Assembly: GCA_965208835.1 (NCBI GenBank)
Contig: OZ242358.1
Coordinates: forward strand, 3,776,001-3,840,000
Direction of reading: 5' to 3'
Source: Candidatus Latescibacterota bacterium
Lineage (GTDB): Bacteria; Latescibacterota; UBA2968; GCA-2709665
DNA length: 64,000 bases
Part shown: positions 41,062-51,106 of the stretch, one piece after another
How the letters are laid out: each line of letters begins with the position of its first letter
Position numbering within the stretch: the stretch's first letter is position 1
Notes under the pieces: model-generated
What the model saw: only the letters and a program-made list of their open reading frames with translations
What the model was told of the DNA's origin: nothing
Databases searched by the model: none
Program-made: the position numbers and the translations under genes

Positions 41062-42012
41062 ATGCCCGTCAATCCGAAACAGATCTCGATTATCCGTAGC
41101 GGCGCCATCGGCGACTTCGTGCTGACGCTGCCCTCGGTCAACGCGCTGCGCGCGGCTTACCCGTGTTCATGCCTCCGACTCATCGGCAACCCGTCGATTC
41201 TCCATCTCGCCCCTGTTAATAACTTCGTCGACATCAACAGCGCGGAAGTCGCCGGTCTTTACAACCCTGAGGGGCCGGTCTCTGAACGTACCCGCGCACT
41301 CTTCTCGGATGTCGATCTTCTTATCGCCTACGCCGTCGACCCGGATCGCAGCCTTCAGTCCCGCCTCACCGAAATTGTCCGCGGCCGGGCCATCGTATAC
41401 GACCCGCGCCCGAATGGGGGTGTGCACATCGTCGAACACCTCCTGACGCCGCTGAGACGGATGGGCATTCCCACGTCCGACCCGATGCCCCGTATCCGTC
41501 CGGCCGTCGATGAACTGGCTCATGCAGGCGAGATCCTTAAAGAACACGGTCTGGCCTCCCCTCTGATCGCCATTCACCCCGGGAGCGGCGGCCGGGATAA
41601 ATGCTGGCCGCTGACTTCCTATTTCGATCTTGCCCACAGACTCGCCACTCGCGGAGCGGGCGTCATGGCCGTATGCGGCCCCGTGGAGCGGGACGTCGTC
41701 GATGAACTGCCGACTCACCTTCCCTGCCTGGTTCCCCGGGACCTTCGCAGCCTTGCCTCCCTGCTGCACACAGCCGACCTGTTCATTGGAAACGACTCCG
41801 GTCCCGGACACATAGCAGCGGCGGTCGGCACCCCGACACTCACCTTGTTCGGACCCACCGACGTGGAAACGTGGGCGCCGCGGCATCCGCTCGCCCGTTT
41901 TCTAAAGGCCCCGGACGGCCGCCTCCCTGAGCTCACGGTCGAATCCGTACTGAATGCCGCACTCAAACTCCTTGTAGCGGTACAGCCACCGCCGCATTCA
42001 CACCGAATGTAG
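41062..42012 (+). CDS. Glycosyltransferase family 9 (heptosyltransferase-like)
   Basis: GAIGDFVL..P, HPGSG..KCWP and IGNDSGPGHIAAAVG.PT..LFGPT. Confidence 0.9.
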   Translation: MPVNPKQISIIRSGAIGDFVLTLPSVNALRAAYPCSCLRLIGNPSILHLAPVNNFVDINSAEVAGLYNPEGPVSERTRALFSDVDLLIAYAVDPDRSLQSRLTEIVRGRAIVYDPRPNGGVHIVEHLLTPLRRMGIPTSDPMPRIRPAVDELAHAGEILKEHGLASPLIAIHPGSGGRDKCWPLTSYFDLAHRLATRGAGVMAVCGPVERDVVDELPTHLPCLVPRDLRSLASLLHTADLFIGNDSGPGHIAAAVGTPTLTLFGPTDVETWAPRHPLARFLKAPDGRLPELTVESVLNAALKLLVAVQPPPHSHRM

Positions 42013-42054
42013 TCCGCGCCGACGAGATACTGCTACCGGTTAATGCCAATGGAT

Positions 42055-42083
42055 TTGACAGCCTGAAACCAATGTGGCATATT
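42055..42083 (+). promoter_or_regulatory. Sigma70-type promoter
   Basis: TTGACA-17bp-CATATT with an extended -10 TG, upstream of the PhyH gene. Confidence 0.55.
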
Positions 42084-42153
42084 AGGTCCCGACATCGATA
42101 GCATTCTGGCTTCGTCTTCGCGCGCCGCTGGTACCAACCGCAAGGGGATTCGA

Positions 42154-43116
42154 ATGAGCGCCCTGCTCGACCTGACCTTTCGAGGGAATTCAATGGCGGG
42201 ATCCGTCAACGACGTGGGCGAGTTGCGTCGTTCGGACGACATTCTTCGCGATCCTGCCGCGCTGCACGCCCGAATGGCAGACGACGGCTACCTCTACCTG
42301 CCCGGACTCCTCAACCCTGAAGAAGCGCTGACGGCGCGGCTGGAAGTCATGAAACGCCTCGCCAGGATGGGCTCGGTGGATGAAACCCTTCCAGTTATCG
42401 AGGGAAAATACAAGCCGGGCGGCGGGCTCGGCACCATGTTCGACATCACACTCGATAATCCGGCGCTGACGAGAGTCCTCTATGACGGACCCATGATCCG
42501 TTTCTACGAACGATTTCTGGGAGGACCCGTCACCCATTTCGACTATACATGGTTCCGGGTCAAGGCACCGGGAACCGCATCTCCCACCCAACCCCACTAC
42601 GACGTTGTCTACATGGGCCGCGGAACCCCCAACCTCTTCACCTCCTGGACCCCGCTGGGGGACGTACCCTTCGAAATGGGCGGCCTGATCATTCTGGAAA
42701 ATTCACACAAAAACGAACGCCTCCGGCACACATACGCACGTACCGACGTGGACAAATACTGCGAGAACGAAGACAAGGCCGGACGGATCGTAGAAACCGC
42801 CAGGATTCAGAAGCGCGACCTGACAGGCGAGGAACAGTCCCGAATCCGATGGAATTCCACCGGTTCGTATGCTTCCGACGCCATACAGGCTCGAAACGAA
42901 CTCGGCGGCCGATGGCTGACGGCGGACTACAAACTGGGCGACGTGCTTGTCTTTTCAATGCGTACGTTGCACGCAAGCTCCGACAACCGAACCGACCGGA
43001 TTCGCATCTCCTCCGACTCACGTTATCAACTCGCCTCCGAACCTCAGGACGAACGCTGGATCGGGACCCGTCCGCCGGCGCATGGCATTCGCGCGAAACA
43101 GGGCATGATCTGCTGA
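42154..43116 (+). CDS. PhyH-family dioxygenase
   Basis: PHYDVVYMGRG, WTPLGD, LHAS..N and RISSDSRYQ. Confidence 0.88.
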   Translation: MSALLDLTFRGNSMAGSVNDVGELRRSDDILRDPAALHARMADDGYLYLPGLLNPEEALTARLEVMKRLARMGSVDETLPVIEGKYKPGGGLGTMFDITLDNPALTRVLYDGPMIRFYERFLGGPVTHFDYTWFRVKAPGTASPTQPHYDVVYMGRGTPNLFTSWTPLGDVPFEMGGLIILENSHKNERLRHTYARTDVDKYCENEDKAGRIVETARIQKRDLTGEEQSRIRWNSTGSYASDAIQARNELGGRWLTADYKLGDVLVFSMRTLHASSDNRTDRIRISSDSRYQLASEPQDERWIGTRPPAHGIRAKQGMIC

Positions 43117-43199
43117 ACCGTACTCGTTCGCGAATTGAATTCACCGGCCAATCCGTCCACAAGTGAACGGTCCGGACTTCAACAGAATCGCCAGTTCTT

Positions 43200-45122
43200 T
43201 CAATTCCCCTCGCGCGAGCCGCGTTCCTGCATCTGCCGCACAAACGAATTTTCCGAGTATTCTCCACGAACGGCCCTGAAATCGGCGGCAACCTCGTCCG
43301 CGCCACCGTCGGCGCCATATCCGATTGCCGCGGCGGCGCCAAACTCCTTTTCCGCATCCGCCAGCACCCTTCTCGTGGCCGAGGCGCGCAACTTCCCGCG
43401 GGCCGCTTTCATTTCCTCGAGGCCGTCTTCCGTCAGCGCTTCCACGCGGGCGCCAGTCCGGTCACGGTACGTACGGCGCACCCATGCCCACTCATCCGTT
43501 ACATACATTCCGTCAGCCGACGCGAATGCCGCATTGAACGCCGCCACCGTGTCGATGTTTCCGGAAACGATATCCGTTTCAATCGATGCCAGCCGTGACC
43601 CCGCCAGCAGCAAACCACCCACATCCGCCCAACGCTCATCGTATGCCTCCCCATCCGTCGGGCCCAGAGCTTTTCCGTCCGCCACCCGCTGAAGTATCTT
43701 TTCAACCAGGTACAGGTCGATCGCGGCCGCGTAGCTCCTGATGCCGTGGCGCAGGACCAGGCGCCGGATCCTCACGCCGTTGTGGCGCACCTGATCCACG
43801 TCTCGCGGTGTCCTGTCGTACAGATCGTTGAGAAGCGCTTCTCCCCGCATCATCCGCTCGACCGTGTAGGGACTGAACACCTCGTACCGGATCCTGTCGC
43901 GCTTATCGGATGCCGTGCGCCGGTCCCGGTCCGGCCATTTGTCGCCATCGCGGATGGTGCCTACCGTGTGCAGATTCATCGCAGGCGTAAGAAAGCTCGC
44001 CCCCCTTTCCTCGACGAGGTACGAGAACGGCAAATCACGAATATCGAAGTTCGTCATATGCTTGCCGATGACAACGGTGAACGGCCCGACCGCGCTCGGC
44101 AGGAGCATATAGGAAGAAGATCCCGTCTTGCTCCCTCGTTCGAGTACACCCTGGTGTACCGGACCGAGCTTATACATGTGGTTGCTCTGGTTGGTCCCGC
44201 TGCCGGCATTGTAGAACGAATAGAGCCCTGCGATCAGTAGCGTACTCTTGTGATGGGTTACTGTGTAAGGACCGCCGAACACCGCGCACGCTTCGCCGTT
44301 AAAGCACTCCGAATTGGCGAAAAAGAGGGAATGCTCGGCTGAAAACTGCTTTCCGACCTCAACTCCCTGCCCAATAAAGCACCGGGTAAGAGTCGCGCCA
44401 CTTTCCACACGGGAGCCTTCCGCAATGATGAAATCCTCGGCCACGACGGATGCGCCAACCCGCGTGCGCGCCGCCGCCTCGCTCAATACGGTCCCGTTCT
44501 TCAGCATGGCCGCCCCGACGACCTCCGCGCCGCAACCGACATTTACATCCAGAATCTCGTTTACATGGGCTACAACGGCTCCTTCGCCAACCACGCCCGC
44601 GTCCGACGCGTTCTCTTCGACGTATGCGTCGACCATCGCCTGAAGACGCGACGTCATCTCCGTCCGGTACCGGTGCATGCTCATGACGTATGCGAACTGA
44701 CTGGACATCTCATTGAACATCGGCACCTCGCGTCCACCCCCCTCGTTGACGGGTTCCACGACAGCCCCGTTTCCGAATACCGCGCCGGCGCGCGTCGCCA
44801 TCTGCCCCACGTCCGTTACGACCGCCCCGTCGCCAACCCGGTAATTCGAGAGGTGACCGCGGACCCGCGTCACCCGCACGTTGTCCCCCAGCACGCAGTC
44901 TATCAGGGTTGCGTCCGAAATCTCCGCCGGCAAATCCGCGCCAGCGAAGGACACGGTACCTTCCTGGGTGCCCAATTTTACCTGGCCGTAAAAACCGACA
45001 CGCTTCACGCGATCCGGATTGAATCCGCGCTTCACTTCTACCTTCGACCAATCCTGGCACGCGCACCCGTTCCTTTCCATCGCCGCGACCTCATCCCTTG
45101 ACAGTGCACGATATCCAGCCAT
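43200..45122 (-). CDS. DUF4954 family protein (left-handed beta-helix-like repeats)
   Basis: GPYTVTHHKSTLLIAG.YSFYNAGSGTNQSNHMYKLGPVHQG and KWP.RDRR. Confidence 0.85.
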   Translation of the reverse strand: MAGYRALSRDEVAAMERNGCACQDWSKVEVKRGFNPDRVKRVGFYGQVKLGTQEGTVSFAGADLPAEISDATLIDCVLGDNVRVTRVRGHLSNYRVGDGAVVTDVGQMATRAGAVFGNGAVVEPVNEGGGREVPMFNEMSSQFAYVMSMHRYRTEMTSRLQAMVDAYVEENASDAGVVGEGAVVAHVNEILDVNVGCGAEVVGAAMLKNGTVLSEAAARTRVGASVVAEDFIIAEGSRVESGATLTRCFIGQGVEVGKQFSAEHSLFFANSECFNGEACAVFGGPYTVTHHKSTLLIAGLYSFYNAGSGTNQSNHMYKLGPVHQGVLERGSKTGSSSYMLLPSAVGPFTVVIGKHMTNFDIRDLPFSYLVEERGASFLTPAMNLHTVGTIRDGDKWPDRDRRTASDKRDRIRYEVFSPYTVERMMRGEALLNDLYDRTPRDVDQVRHNGVRIRRLVLRHGIRSYAAAIDLYLVEKILQRVADGKALGPTDGEAYDERWADVGGLLLAGSRLASIETDIVSGNIDTVAAFNAAFASADGMYVTDEWAWVRRTYRDRTGARVEALTEDGLEEMKAARGKLRASATRRVLADAEKEFGAAAAIGYGADGGADEVAADFRAVRGEYSENSFVRQMQERGSREGN

Positions 45123-45293
45123 GTGTGAATTCTCCTTCCTTCGTGATCCAGTTCAGGCGTGCGTATCTTACTGAAAAACCGGTCATTATCAAATCGGGCC
45201 GGCGGGTAAGATATTCAGCGCCGCACCCTCCGGCAAGCGTTTTCTGTGGAATTCCCCTCGCGTTTCGTCACTTCCTGTCGAAGGGCAAAACAC

Positions 45294-45322
45294 TTTACTT
45301 CAATCCGGCCTTTTGGTATATT
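45294..45322 (+). promoter_or_regulatory. Sigma70-type promoter for nagB
   Basis: TTTACT-17bp-TATATT with an extended -10 TG. Confidence 0.55.
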
Positions 45323-45504
45323 GGCTGTCCTTTTCGGACCCTCACCGAATCCTGATTCGGGGGTTTGTCGACAAGGCACCGATTGTCCTGAAAACTGGAT
45401 TTGCAGCCGATTCAACCGGCTGATCACAAGCGCCCGAAACGAATGGCAACTGGAATACGGCGAACCGGGAACACACCAGACGGAAACCGGACGAAAGGAC
45501 GTCA

Positions 45505-46257
45505 ATGGCAGGTACGATCAAACTCGAGGTTTGCGAGAGCAGCGCCGACGTGGCGGTCAAAGCGTCGGAGATCATCGCAAGTCTGATCCGCGCGACGCCG
45601 GATGCGGCGATCGGTCTGGCCACGGGATCCACACCTGAACAGACCTATGCCAGACTCGCTGACCTGCATCGCAGCGAGGGCCTCCGATTCGCCCGCGTCA
45701 CCTCCTTCAATCTGGACGAATACTGGGGCCTGGATGGCGATCACAATCAGAGCTACCGTTATTTTATGGACGACCGCCTTTTTCGGAAAGTCGACATTCG
45801 ACCCTGGAATACCCACGTCCTGAGCGGTACTGCCGCCAATCCGGATCTGGAGTGCAGGGCATTCGAGACGAAAATCCTTGCGGCCGGCGGTATCGACCTG
45901 TGGTTGCTCGGTATCGGCACCAACGGTCATATCGCATTCAACGAGCCGGGCAGCCCCGTGGACAGCCGCACGCGACTCGTCAACCTTGCGCCGAGTACGA
46001 TTGCGGCGAACAGCGACGGCCGTTTTTTCAAGGATGCCGCCAGCGTCCCTCGATTCGCCCTTTCGGCCGGAATCGGTACCATTCGAGAGGCGCGGCGTCT
46101 TCTTTTGCTGGCCACCGGGTCCGGGAAGGCCGATGCCATTGCGCAGGCCCTGGAAGGACCGCCCTCAACGGACTGCCCGGCCAGCCTGCTGCAGAGCCAT
46201 CCGGATTGTACGTTCATCGTGGACCGCGAAGCGGCTTCCAGGCTTGAGTCCGCTTAG
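45505..46257 (+). CDS. nagB: Glucosamine-6-phosphate deaminase
   Basis: GLATGSTP, FNLDEY, LGIGTNGHIAFNEPGS and PASLLQ.H. Confidence 0.95.
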   Translation: MAGTIKLEVCESSADVAVKASEIIASLIRATPDAAIGLATGSTPEQTYARLADLHRSEGLRFARVTSFNLDEYWGLDGDHNQSYRYFMDDRLFRKVDIRPWNTHVLSGTAANPDLECRAFETKILAAGGIDLWLLGIGTNGHIAFNEPGSPVDSRTRLVNLAPSTIAANSDGRFFKDAASVPRFALSAGIGTIREARRLLLLATGSGKADAIAQALEGPPSTDCPASLLQSHPDCTFIVDREAASRLESA

Positions 46258-46418
46258 AAGTTGTTTTAAAATTACCGGTGAGTTCCCGAGCGCGAGCGAA
46301 AAAGTGTCGGTCAAGGCGGGAAAATCCGCCCATATTTGTCTATACGGGCGGGTTTGACCAACGCTGACCGACGCTTTTGCAGCCGCGCGAATACCGCTGG
46401 GAATTTTGAGACAGCTTC
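46257..46418 (+). mobile_element. MITE-like element, family B short variant, at the nagB stop
   Basis: GAAGTTGTTTTAAAATT...AATTTTGAGACAGCTTC; exact TTA duplication (46254-56 and 46419-21); its first G completes the nagB TAG. Confidence 0.88.
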
Positions 46419-46484
46419 TTAGAACCGAGCGTCGCGCACAATGGGACTCCCGTCCGGTTTTCCCGCATTTTCATGGAGCGTCAA

Positions 46485-46730
46485 ATGGATCGCGAAACAA
46501 TCAAGACAGGCGTGTACCAGGTGATATCCAAGGTTCTCGGAATCGACACGAACGAGGTCTCGGAGGATCAGAGCTTCACGGCGGATCTGGGCGCCGAGTC
46601 CGTACAGTCCGTAGAACTCATGGCCGGCTTTGAAGAGGAATTTGAAATAGAAATGGACGAAGACGAAGCCCTGGCCGTACAAACCGTGGGTGGTGCCATC
46701 GACTTCATCGCACAGTATGTAAACGACTGA
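46485..46730 (+). CDS. Acyl carrier protein (variant GAES motif)
   Basis: 81 aa, acidic; DLGAESVQSVELM..FEEEFEIE...TVG.AIDFI. Confidence 0.85.
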   Translation: MDRETIKTGVYQVISKVLGIDTNEVSEDQSFTADLGAESVQSVELMAGFEEEFEIEMDEDEALAVQTVGGAIDFIAQYVND

Positions 46731-46772
46731 TAGCGAACCAACTTGTCCTCGTAATTGCCAGGAGTGTGCCTC

Positions 46773-48164
46773 ATGAAAACAGGAGAACTGATCGAAGTTG
46801 ACGAGCCGAATCTCCTCGACGAGCAGTTCGACTACAACCTGCCGCCCAGGATTCAGTTTGACGGCCCGCTATATGAGGAAATTGGAGACCAACTCGTCAG
46901 ATTCGACACGGAGGAAGCCCTTTCCCGCGACCTCGTCATTACAGATACCACCTTCCGGGACGGCCAGCAGGCGCGCCCGCCTTACACGGTGGAACAGCAG
47001 GTCAGACTCTACGATATGATGGCCAGGCTCGGGGGGCCTGGCGGCATTATCCGGCAGACCGAGTTCTTTCTCTACACGAAGAACGACCGCCGCACCCTGG
47101 AGGAATGTCGCGCGCTGGGGCACCGTTTTCCTGAAATCACCTCGTGGATCCGGGCCGACAAGGGCGACTTTCGCCTGGTAAAGGAAGCTGGCGTACGGGA
47201 AACCGGAATGCTCACACCCAGTTCCGATTACCACATCTTCTACAAGCTCAAGAAAGACCGCAGAAAGGCGTTCAACGACTACCTGGAGGTTGTCGAAGCC
47301 GCCTGGGAGTCCGGCATACGGCCGCGGTGCCACCTTGAAGACGTCACCAGGGCGGACATCGACGGGTACGTGTTGCCATTTGTCCAGGAACTGATGCGCC
47401 GTTCCGAGCAGGTACCTCCCGAATTACGCGCCAAGATCAGGCTCTGCGACACCATGGGATTCGGGATCAGCTATCCCGGCGCCAGCCTTCCGCGCTCGAT
47501 TCCCAAGCTCGTTTACCGGATGACCAACGACGGCGGGGTTCCGCACGATTGCCTGGAATGGCACGGGCACAACGACTTCCACAAGGTTCACGTCAACGGG
47601 GCTACCGCATGGCTCTACGGCTGCAACGCGCTCAACACCACATTGTTCGGTTTCGGCGAACGCACCGGCAATCCTCCACTCGAGGGGGCCATACTCGAAT
47701 ACATCGGCCTTCGCGGGAGCCTGTGCGGTATTGACACCATGGTGATCCAGGAGATGGCCGACTACATGCGGTCCATCGGCGTGGACATCGCGCCGAACTA
47801 CCCGTTTGTGGGCAGGGACTTCAACACCACGCGGGCCGGCATCCACGCGGGCGGGCTGCGTTCCGACGAACGCATATACAACATCTTCGATACAACCGCC
47901 CTGTTCGGACGTCCGCCCAGGGTGGCCATTACGGACAAGACCGGTGTCGACGGGGTGGCCCTCTGGGTGAATGAGTTCCTTGGTCTCAAGGGCGAAAACC
48001 GGCTGAGCAAGATCAAAGTGCATAAGGTCGCCCGCTGGGTGATGGATCAGTACGAAGTGCACGGACGGATGAGCGCAGTTACGGACGAGGAACTGGAAGA
48101 ACAGGTCAAGATCAACCTCCCGGACCGGTACGCAATCTTTCAGGCAGGGCGCAAAGCCGGCTGA
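46773..48164 (+). CDS. Re-citrate synthase-like DRE-TIM enzyme (LeuA/homocitrate synthase superfamily)
   Basis: ITDTTFRDGQQAR, RQTEFFLY, SDYHIF.KL, RCHLEDVTRAD, WHGHND and GERTGN. Confidence 0.82.
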   Translation: MKTGELIEVDEPNLLDEQFDYNLPPRIQFDGPLYEEIGDQLVRFDTEEALSRDLVITDTTFRDGQQARPPYTVEQQVRLYDMMARLGGPGGIIRQTEFFLYTKNDRRTLEECRALGHRFPEITSWIRADKGDFRLVKEAGVRETGMLTPSSDYHIFYKLKKDRRKAFNDYLEVVEAAWESGIRPRCHLEDVTRADIDGYVLPFVQELMRRSEQVPPELRAKIRLCDTMGFGISYPGASLPRSIPKLVYRMTNDGGVPHDCLEWHGHNDFHKVHVNGATAWLYGCNALNTTLFGFGERTGNPPLEGAILEYIGLRGSLCGIDTMVIQEMADYMRSIGVDIAPNYPFVGRDFNTTRAGIHAGGLRSDERIYNIFDTTALFGRPPRVAITDKTGVDGVALWVNEFLGLKGENRLSKIKVHKVARWVMDQYEVHGRMSAVTDEELEEQVKINLPDRYAIFQAGRKAG

Positions 48165-48207
48165 TCCGCTCGTTTCGACTTGAGGTTCCGGCTTCTGGCG
48201 ACATATC

Positions 48208-49227
48208 GTGACGACCCGCACCGTCTCCCACACCGCATTAGACGCCTTTTGCGTTGACCTCCTCAAAGCGGCGGGTGTGCCTGAAACCGACGCCCGAATC
48301 ACGGCCCGCATCCAGGTTGAAGCAGATCTCCGCGGCGTACACTCCCATGGTGCGCGCGCCATTTCGGGCTATATCCGCCGGATCCTTAAAGGCGATATCA
48401 ACCCGAACGCCCATCCACGTGTCCTGAGCGAGGGGGCCGCGTACGTCCACGTGGACGCGGACAACGCCCTCGGACAGGTGGCCGCCTACGGGGCGATGCT
48501 GCGCGCGATCCGGAAATCCGAGGGGTCGGGCATCGGCATGGCCGCCGTCCGGAACACCAATCACTACGGCGCCGCAGCCTACTACGCCAACATGGCGGCC
48601 GAGGCCGGTATGGTGGGATTCAACACCACCGGGGGACGAGAAAACCGGGGCAACATGGCGCCGTACGGCAGCATCGAACCCGCCATCGGGAATGCGCCTT
48701 TCGCGTTCGGGATTCCCGCCGGGCGGGAACGCCCCATCATCCTCGATATGGCCACAGGCGTTGTTGCCGCCGGAAAAATCGAGATTGCCCGGGACCGCGG
48801 CGAGAAGATTCCCCCTGGCTGGGCGCTGGACGCGGCGGGCAATCCCACGGAAGACCCGGAAAAAGCACGTATTGTCGTACCGCTCGGTCCGAAGGGATCG
48901 GGACTCTCCATCGTGATGCATTGTATCGGCGGCATCCTGGCCGGGGCCGCCTTTCCGGACGTGGAAAAGTCCGGCTATCTGTTCATCGCGATCGATGTTT
49001 CAACCTTTTCCGATCCCGATACCTTCGCAAGAGAAGTCGACGCCCGCATTCAGACCATCCGCGACGCCAGGCCGGCGCCCGGCGTTGAGCGCGTCTACTA
49101 CCCCGGCGAACCCGAATGGATCAGCCGCGAACGCAACCTGGAAGACGGTATCCCCATGCTTCTTCCACATGTGGCCGACCTTGAATCCGTCGCCGACCAA
49201 CTCGGCGTATCCACCCGATTGGGATGA
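48208..49227 (+). CDS. Ldh_2 family dehydrogenase (malate/L-lactate/L-sulfolactate type)
   Basis: ADLRGVHSHG, NHYGAA..Y, LDMAT, PKGSGL and YYPGE. Confidence 0.9.
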   Translation: MTTRTVSHTALDAFCVDLLKAAGVPETDARITARIQVEADLRGVHSHGARAISGYIRRILKGDINPNAHPRVLSEGAAYVHVDADNALGQVAAYGAMLRAIRKSEGSGIGMAAVRNTNHYGAAAYYANMAAEAGMVGFNTTGGRENRGNMAPYGSIEPAIGNAPFAFGIPAGRERPIILDMATGVVAAGKIEIARDRGEKIPPGWALDAAGNPTEDPEKARIVVPLGPKGSGLSIVMHCIGGILAGAAFPDVEKSGYLFIAIDVSTFSDPDTFAREVDARIQTIRDARPAPGVERVYYPGEPEWISRERNLEDGIPMLLPHVADLESVADQLGVSTRLG

Positions 49228-49249
49228 CGCTCAAATTTCCGACCCGCCG

Positions 49250-49981
49250 ATGGACATCCTCGTCCTCACAGCCACCGCATTCGAACAGGCGACGCTCAGA
49301 AGAAACATTTCGCATCCGACCACGCGCACCTTCGCCCGCCGCGCGCGCACCGAGGGCAAACTGGGGACGCGCCGCGTCGTTTTGATCGAAACCGGTATCG
49401 GCGCCGTCAATACGGCGCAAGCGTTGACCGCGGAACTGGAGGCCGGTCGGCCCGACTTCGTTCTGCAGGTCGGCGTGGGCGGCGCCTACGCCGGCTCCCG
49501 GCTGAACCTGGGGGACCTCGCCGTGGCCACCGAAGAGAACGACGGGGAGTTGGGGTTCCTCGCGCCCGACGGCTGGCACCCGGCCGATCACATCGGTATC
49601 CCGGTCCTCAGCAAGAACCGGATCCACTACAATACCTTGCCACTCGACGCGGAACTGGCCCGACGCGCGGCAACCATGATCCTCGAAGCACGCCCGGATG
49701 CGGCTCCGGCCGTGCGCTCCGGTCCTTTCGTAACAGTACAACAGTGCAGCGGCCTGGCCGCCAGGGGAAACGAACTCGCGACGCGATTCAACGCCATCTG
49801 CGAGAATATGGAAGGCGCGGCCGCCGCGCACGTCTGCACGCTGTACGAAGTTCCTTTCGTCGAACTGCGAGGCATCAGCAACCTGGTGGAAGACCGGGAC
49901 ACGCTCGCGTGGAAGCTACCGCTGGCCTCCGGGAACGCCCAAAAGGCTGCGGGTGTCCTGATCGAGAATCTGGCACCGTGA
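49250..49981 (+). CDS. mqnB: Futalosine hydrolase
   Basis: PNP/MTAN fold: GIGAVN, GVGGAY, ENMEGAA and ELRGISN.VEDR...W; adjacent to mqnD. Confidence 0.88.
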   Translation: MDILVLTATAFEQATLRRNISHPTTRTFARRARTEGKLGTRRVVLIETGIGAVNTAQALTAELEAGRPDFVLQVGVGGAYAGSRLNLGDLAVATEENDGELGFLAPDGWHPADHIGIPVLSKNRIHYNTLPLDAELARRAATMILEARPDAAPAVRSGPFVTVQQCSGLAARGNELATRFNAICENMEGAAAAHVCTLYEVPFVELRGISNLVEDRDTLAWKLPLASGNAQKAAGVLIENLAP

Positions 49982-50020
49982 GAAGCTGTCTCTAAATCCC
50001 CAGCGGTCGTTGCGCGGTTG
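49982..50020 (-). repeat. Truncated family B end
   Basis: GAAGCTGTCTCTAAATCCCAGCGGTCGTTGCGCGG starts immediately after the mqnB TGA. Confidence 0.6.
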
Positions 50021-50053
50021 CCGCGTTGGGGTTTCGCACGTTTCGAGGACCCG

Positions 50054-50887
50054 ATGGCCTTCGTTTCGCTCGGCTACTCTCCCTCCCCTAACGACACCTG
50101 CATCTTCTATGGCCTCACCCGGGGAAAAATCCCGGGTGCGCCCGCGTTTGAAACGACGCTTGATGACATAGAAACGCTCAACAGGCTGGCCATGGATGGC
50201 GGATTGGATGTTACCAAGGTCTCCTTCCATGCCCTGGGTTTTCTTCGGGACCGGTACTGCCTCCTCCATTCGGGCGGCGCGATGGGCCGCGGGTGCGGTC
50301 CCCTCGTCGTTGCCGCCAGACCCCTGAATCCGCAGGAACTGACCCGGGAAAAGATCGCGATTCCCGGAGGACTGACCACAGCCGCCCTGCTGCTGCGCCT
50401 GTTCGAGCCCTCACTCCACGATCTCGTCGTTCTGCCTTACCACCGCATTATGGATGCCGTACGGAACGGCGAAGCCGGCGCCGGGCTCATCATTCACGAG
50501 AGCCGCTTCACTTACACCGATTTCGGGCTGCAGGAAGTCATCGACCTGGGCGAATGGTGGGAACTCACCACCGGCCACCCCATTCCGCTCGGGGGCATCC
50601 TCGCCCGCCGGGACCTGGGCGCCGACCGGATCCGCGCCATCGATAGCGCTGTACGAGCAAGCGTGGAATATGCCCGAACCCACGCCGACATTGTCCTTGA
50701 AGACATCCTGCGGAATGCCCCGGAAATGGATGCTTCCGTCGCGCAACGGTTTATCGATCTGTACGTCAACACCTATACCCTGGACTACGGCCCGGACGGG
50801 GAAGCCGCGATTGCCGATATCGTCGCGCGCGCCGAAACCGCCCGCATCATTCCTACATCCGAAAATAAGCTCTTTGTTGACGAATAG
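50054..50887 (+). CDS. mqnD: 1,4-dihydroxy-6-naphthoate synthase
   Basis: SPSPND, DIETLN, G.GCGP, IIHESRFTY, DLGEWW, PIPLGG and IDLYVN. Confidence 0.93.
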   Translation: MAFVSLGYSPSPNDTCIFYGLTRGKIPGAPAFETTLDDIETLNRLAMDGGLDVTKVSFHALGFLRDRYCLLHSGGAMGRGCGPLVVAARPLNPQELTREKIAIPGGLTTAALLLRLFEPSLHDLVVLPYHRIMDAVRNGEAGAGLIIHESRFTYTDFGLQEVIDLGEWWELTTGHPIPLGGILARRDLGADRIRAIDSAVRASVEYARTHADIVLEDILRNAPEMDASVAQRFIDLYVNTYTLDYGPDGEAAIADIVARAETARIIPTSENKLFVDE

Positions 50888-50937
50888 CCTCAAGTCGAAA
50901 AGAGACAACGGTCAAATTGGCCAAAAAAAGCCTGAAT

Positions 50938-51068
50938 GCGGGTAGAGGGTAGAGGGAAGACGGTAGAAGAAACCCTTGCCCGATCCTTTATTCCTTCTTG
51001 CCTCCGGCAGGAGAAGGGACTCCACAAGGCAGGAAATCTCTCCCGTCTACCGTCTCCCGTCTCCCCGC
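50938..51068. repeat. Inverted arrays of 7-bp tandem repeats forming a long hairpin
   Basis: GGGTAGA GGGTAGA GGGAAGA CGGTAGA ... TCTCCCG TCTACCG TCTCCCG TCTCCCC. Confidence 0.75.
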
Positions 51069-51106
51069 TTCCTGGGGGATGGGAGGAGAGGTCACGAACA
51101 CGTCCA

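Noticed and set aside
45425-45505. AGCGCCCGAA upstream of nagB resembles the start of a glmS ribozyme
   Set aside because: The downstream core (GACGAGG, ATCGA..CGGCGGATG) is missing and there is no room for it before the ATG.
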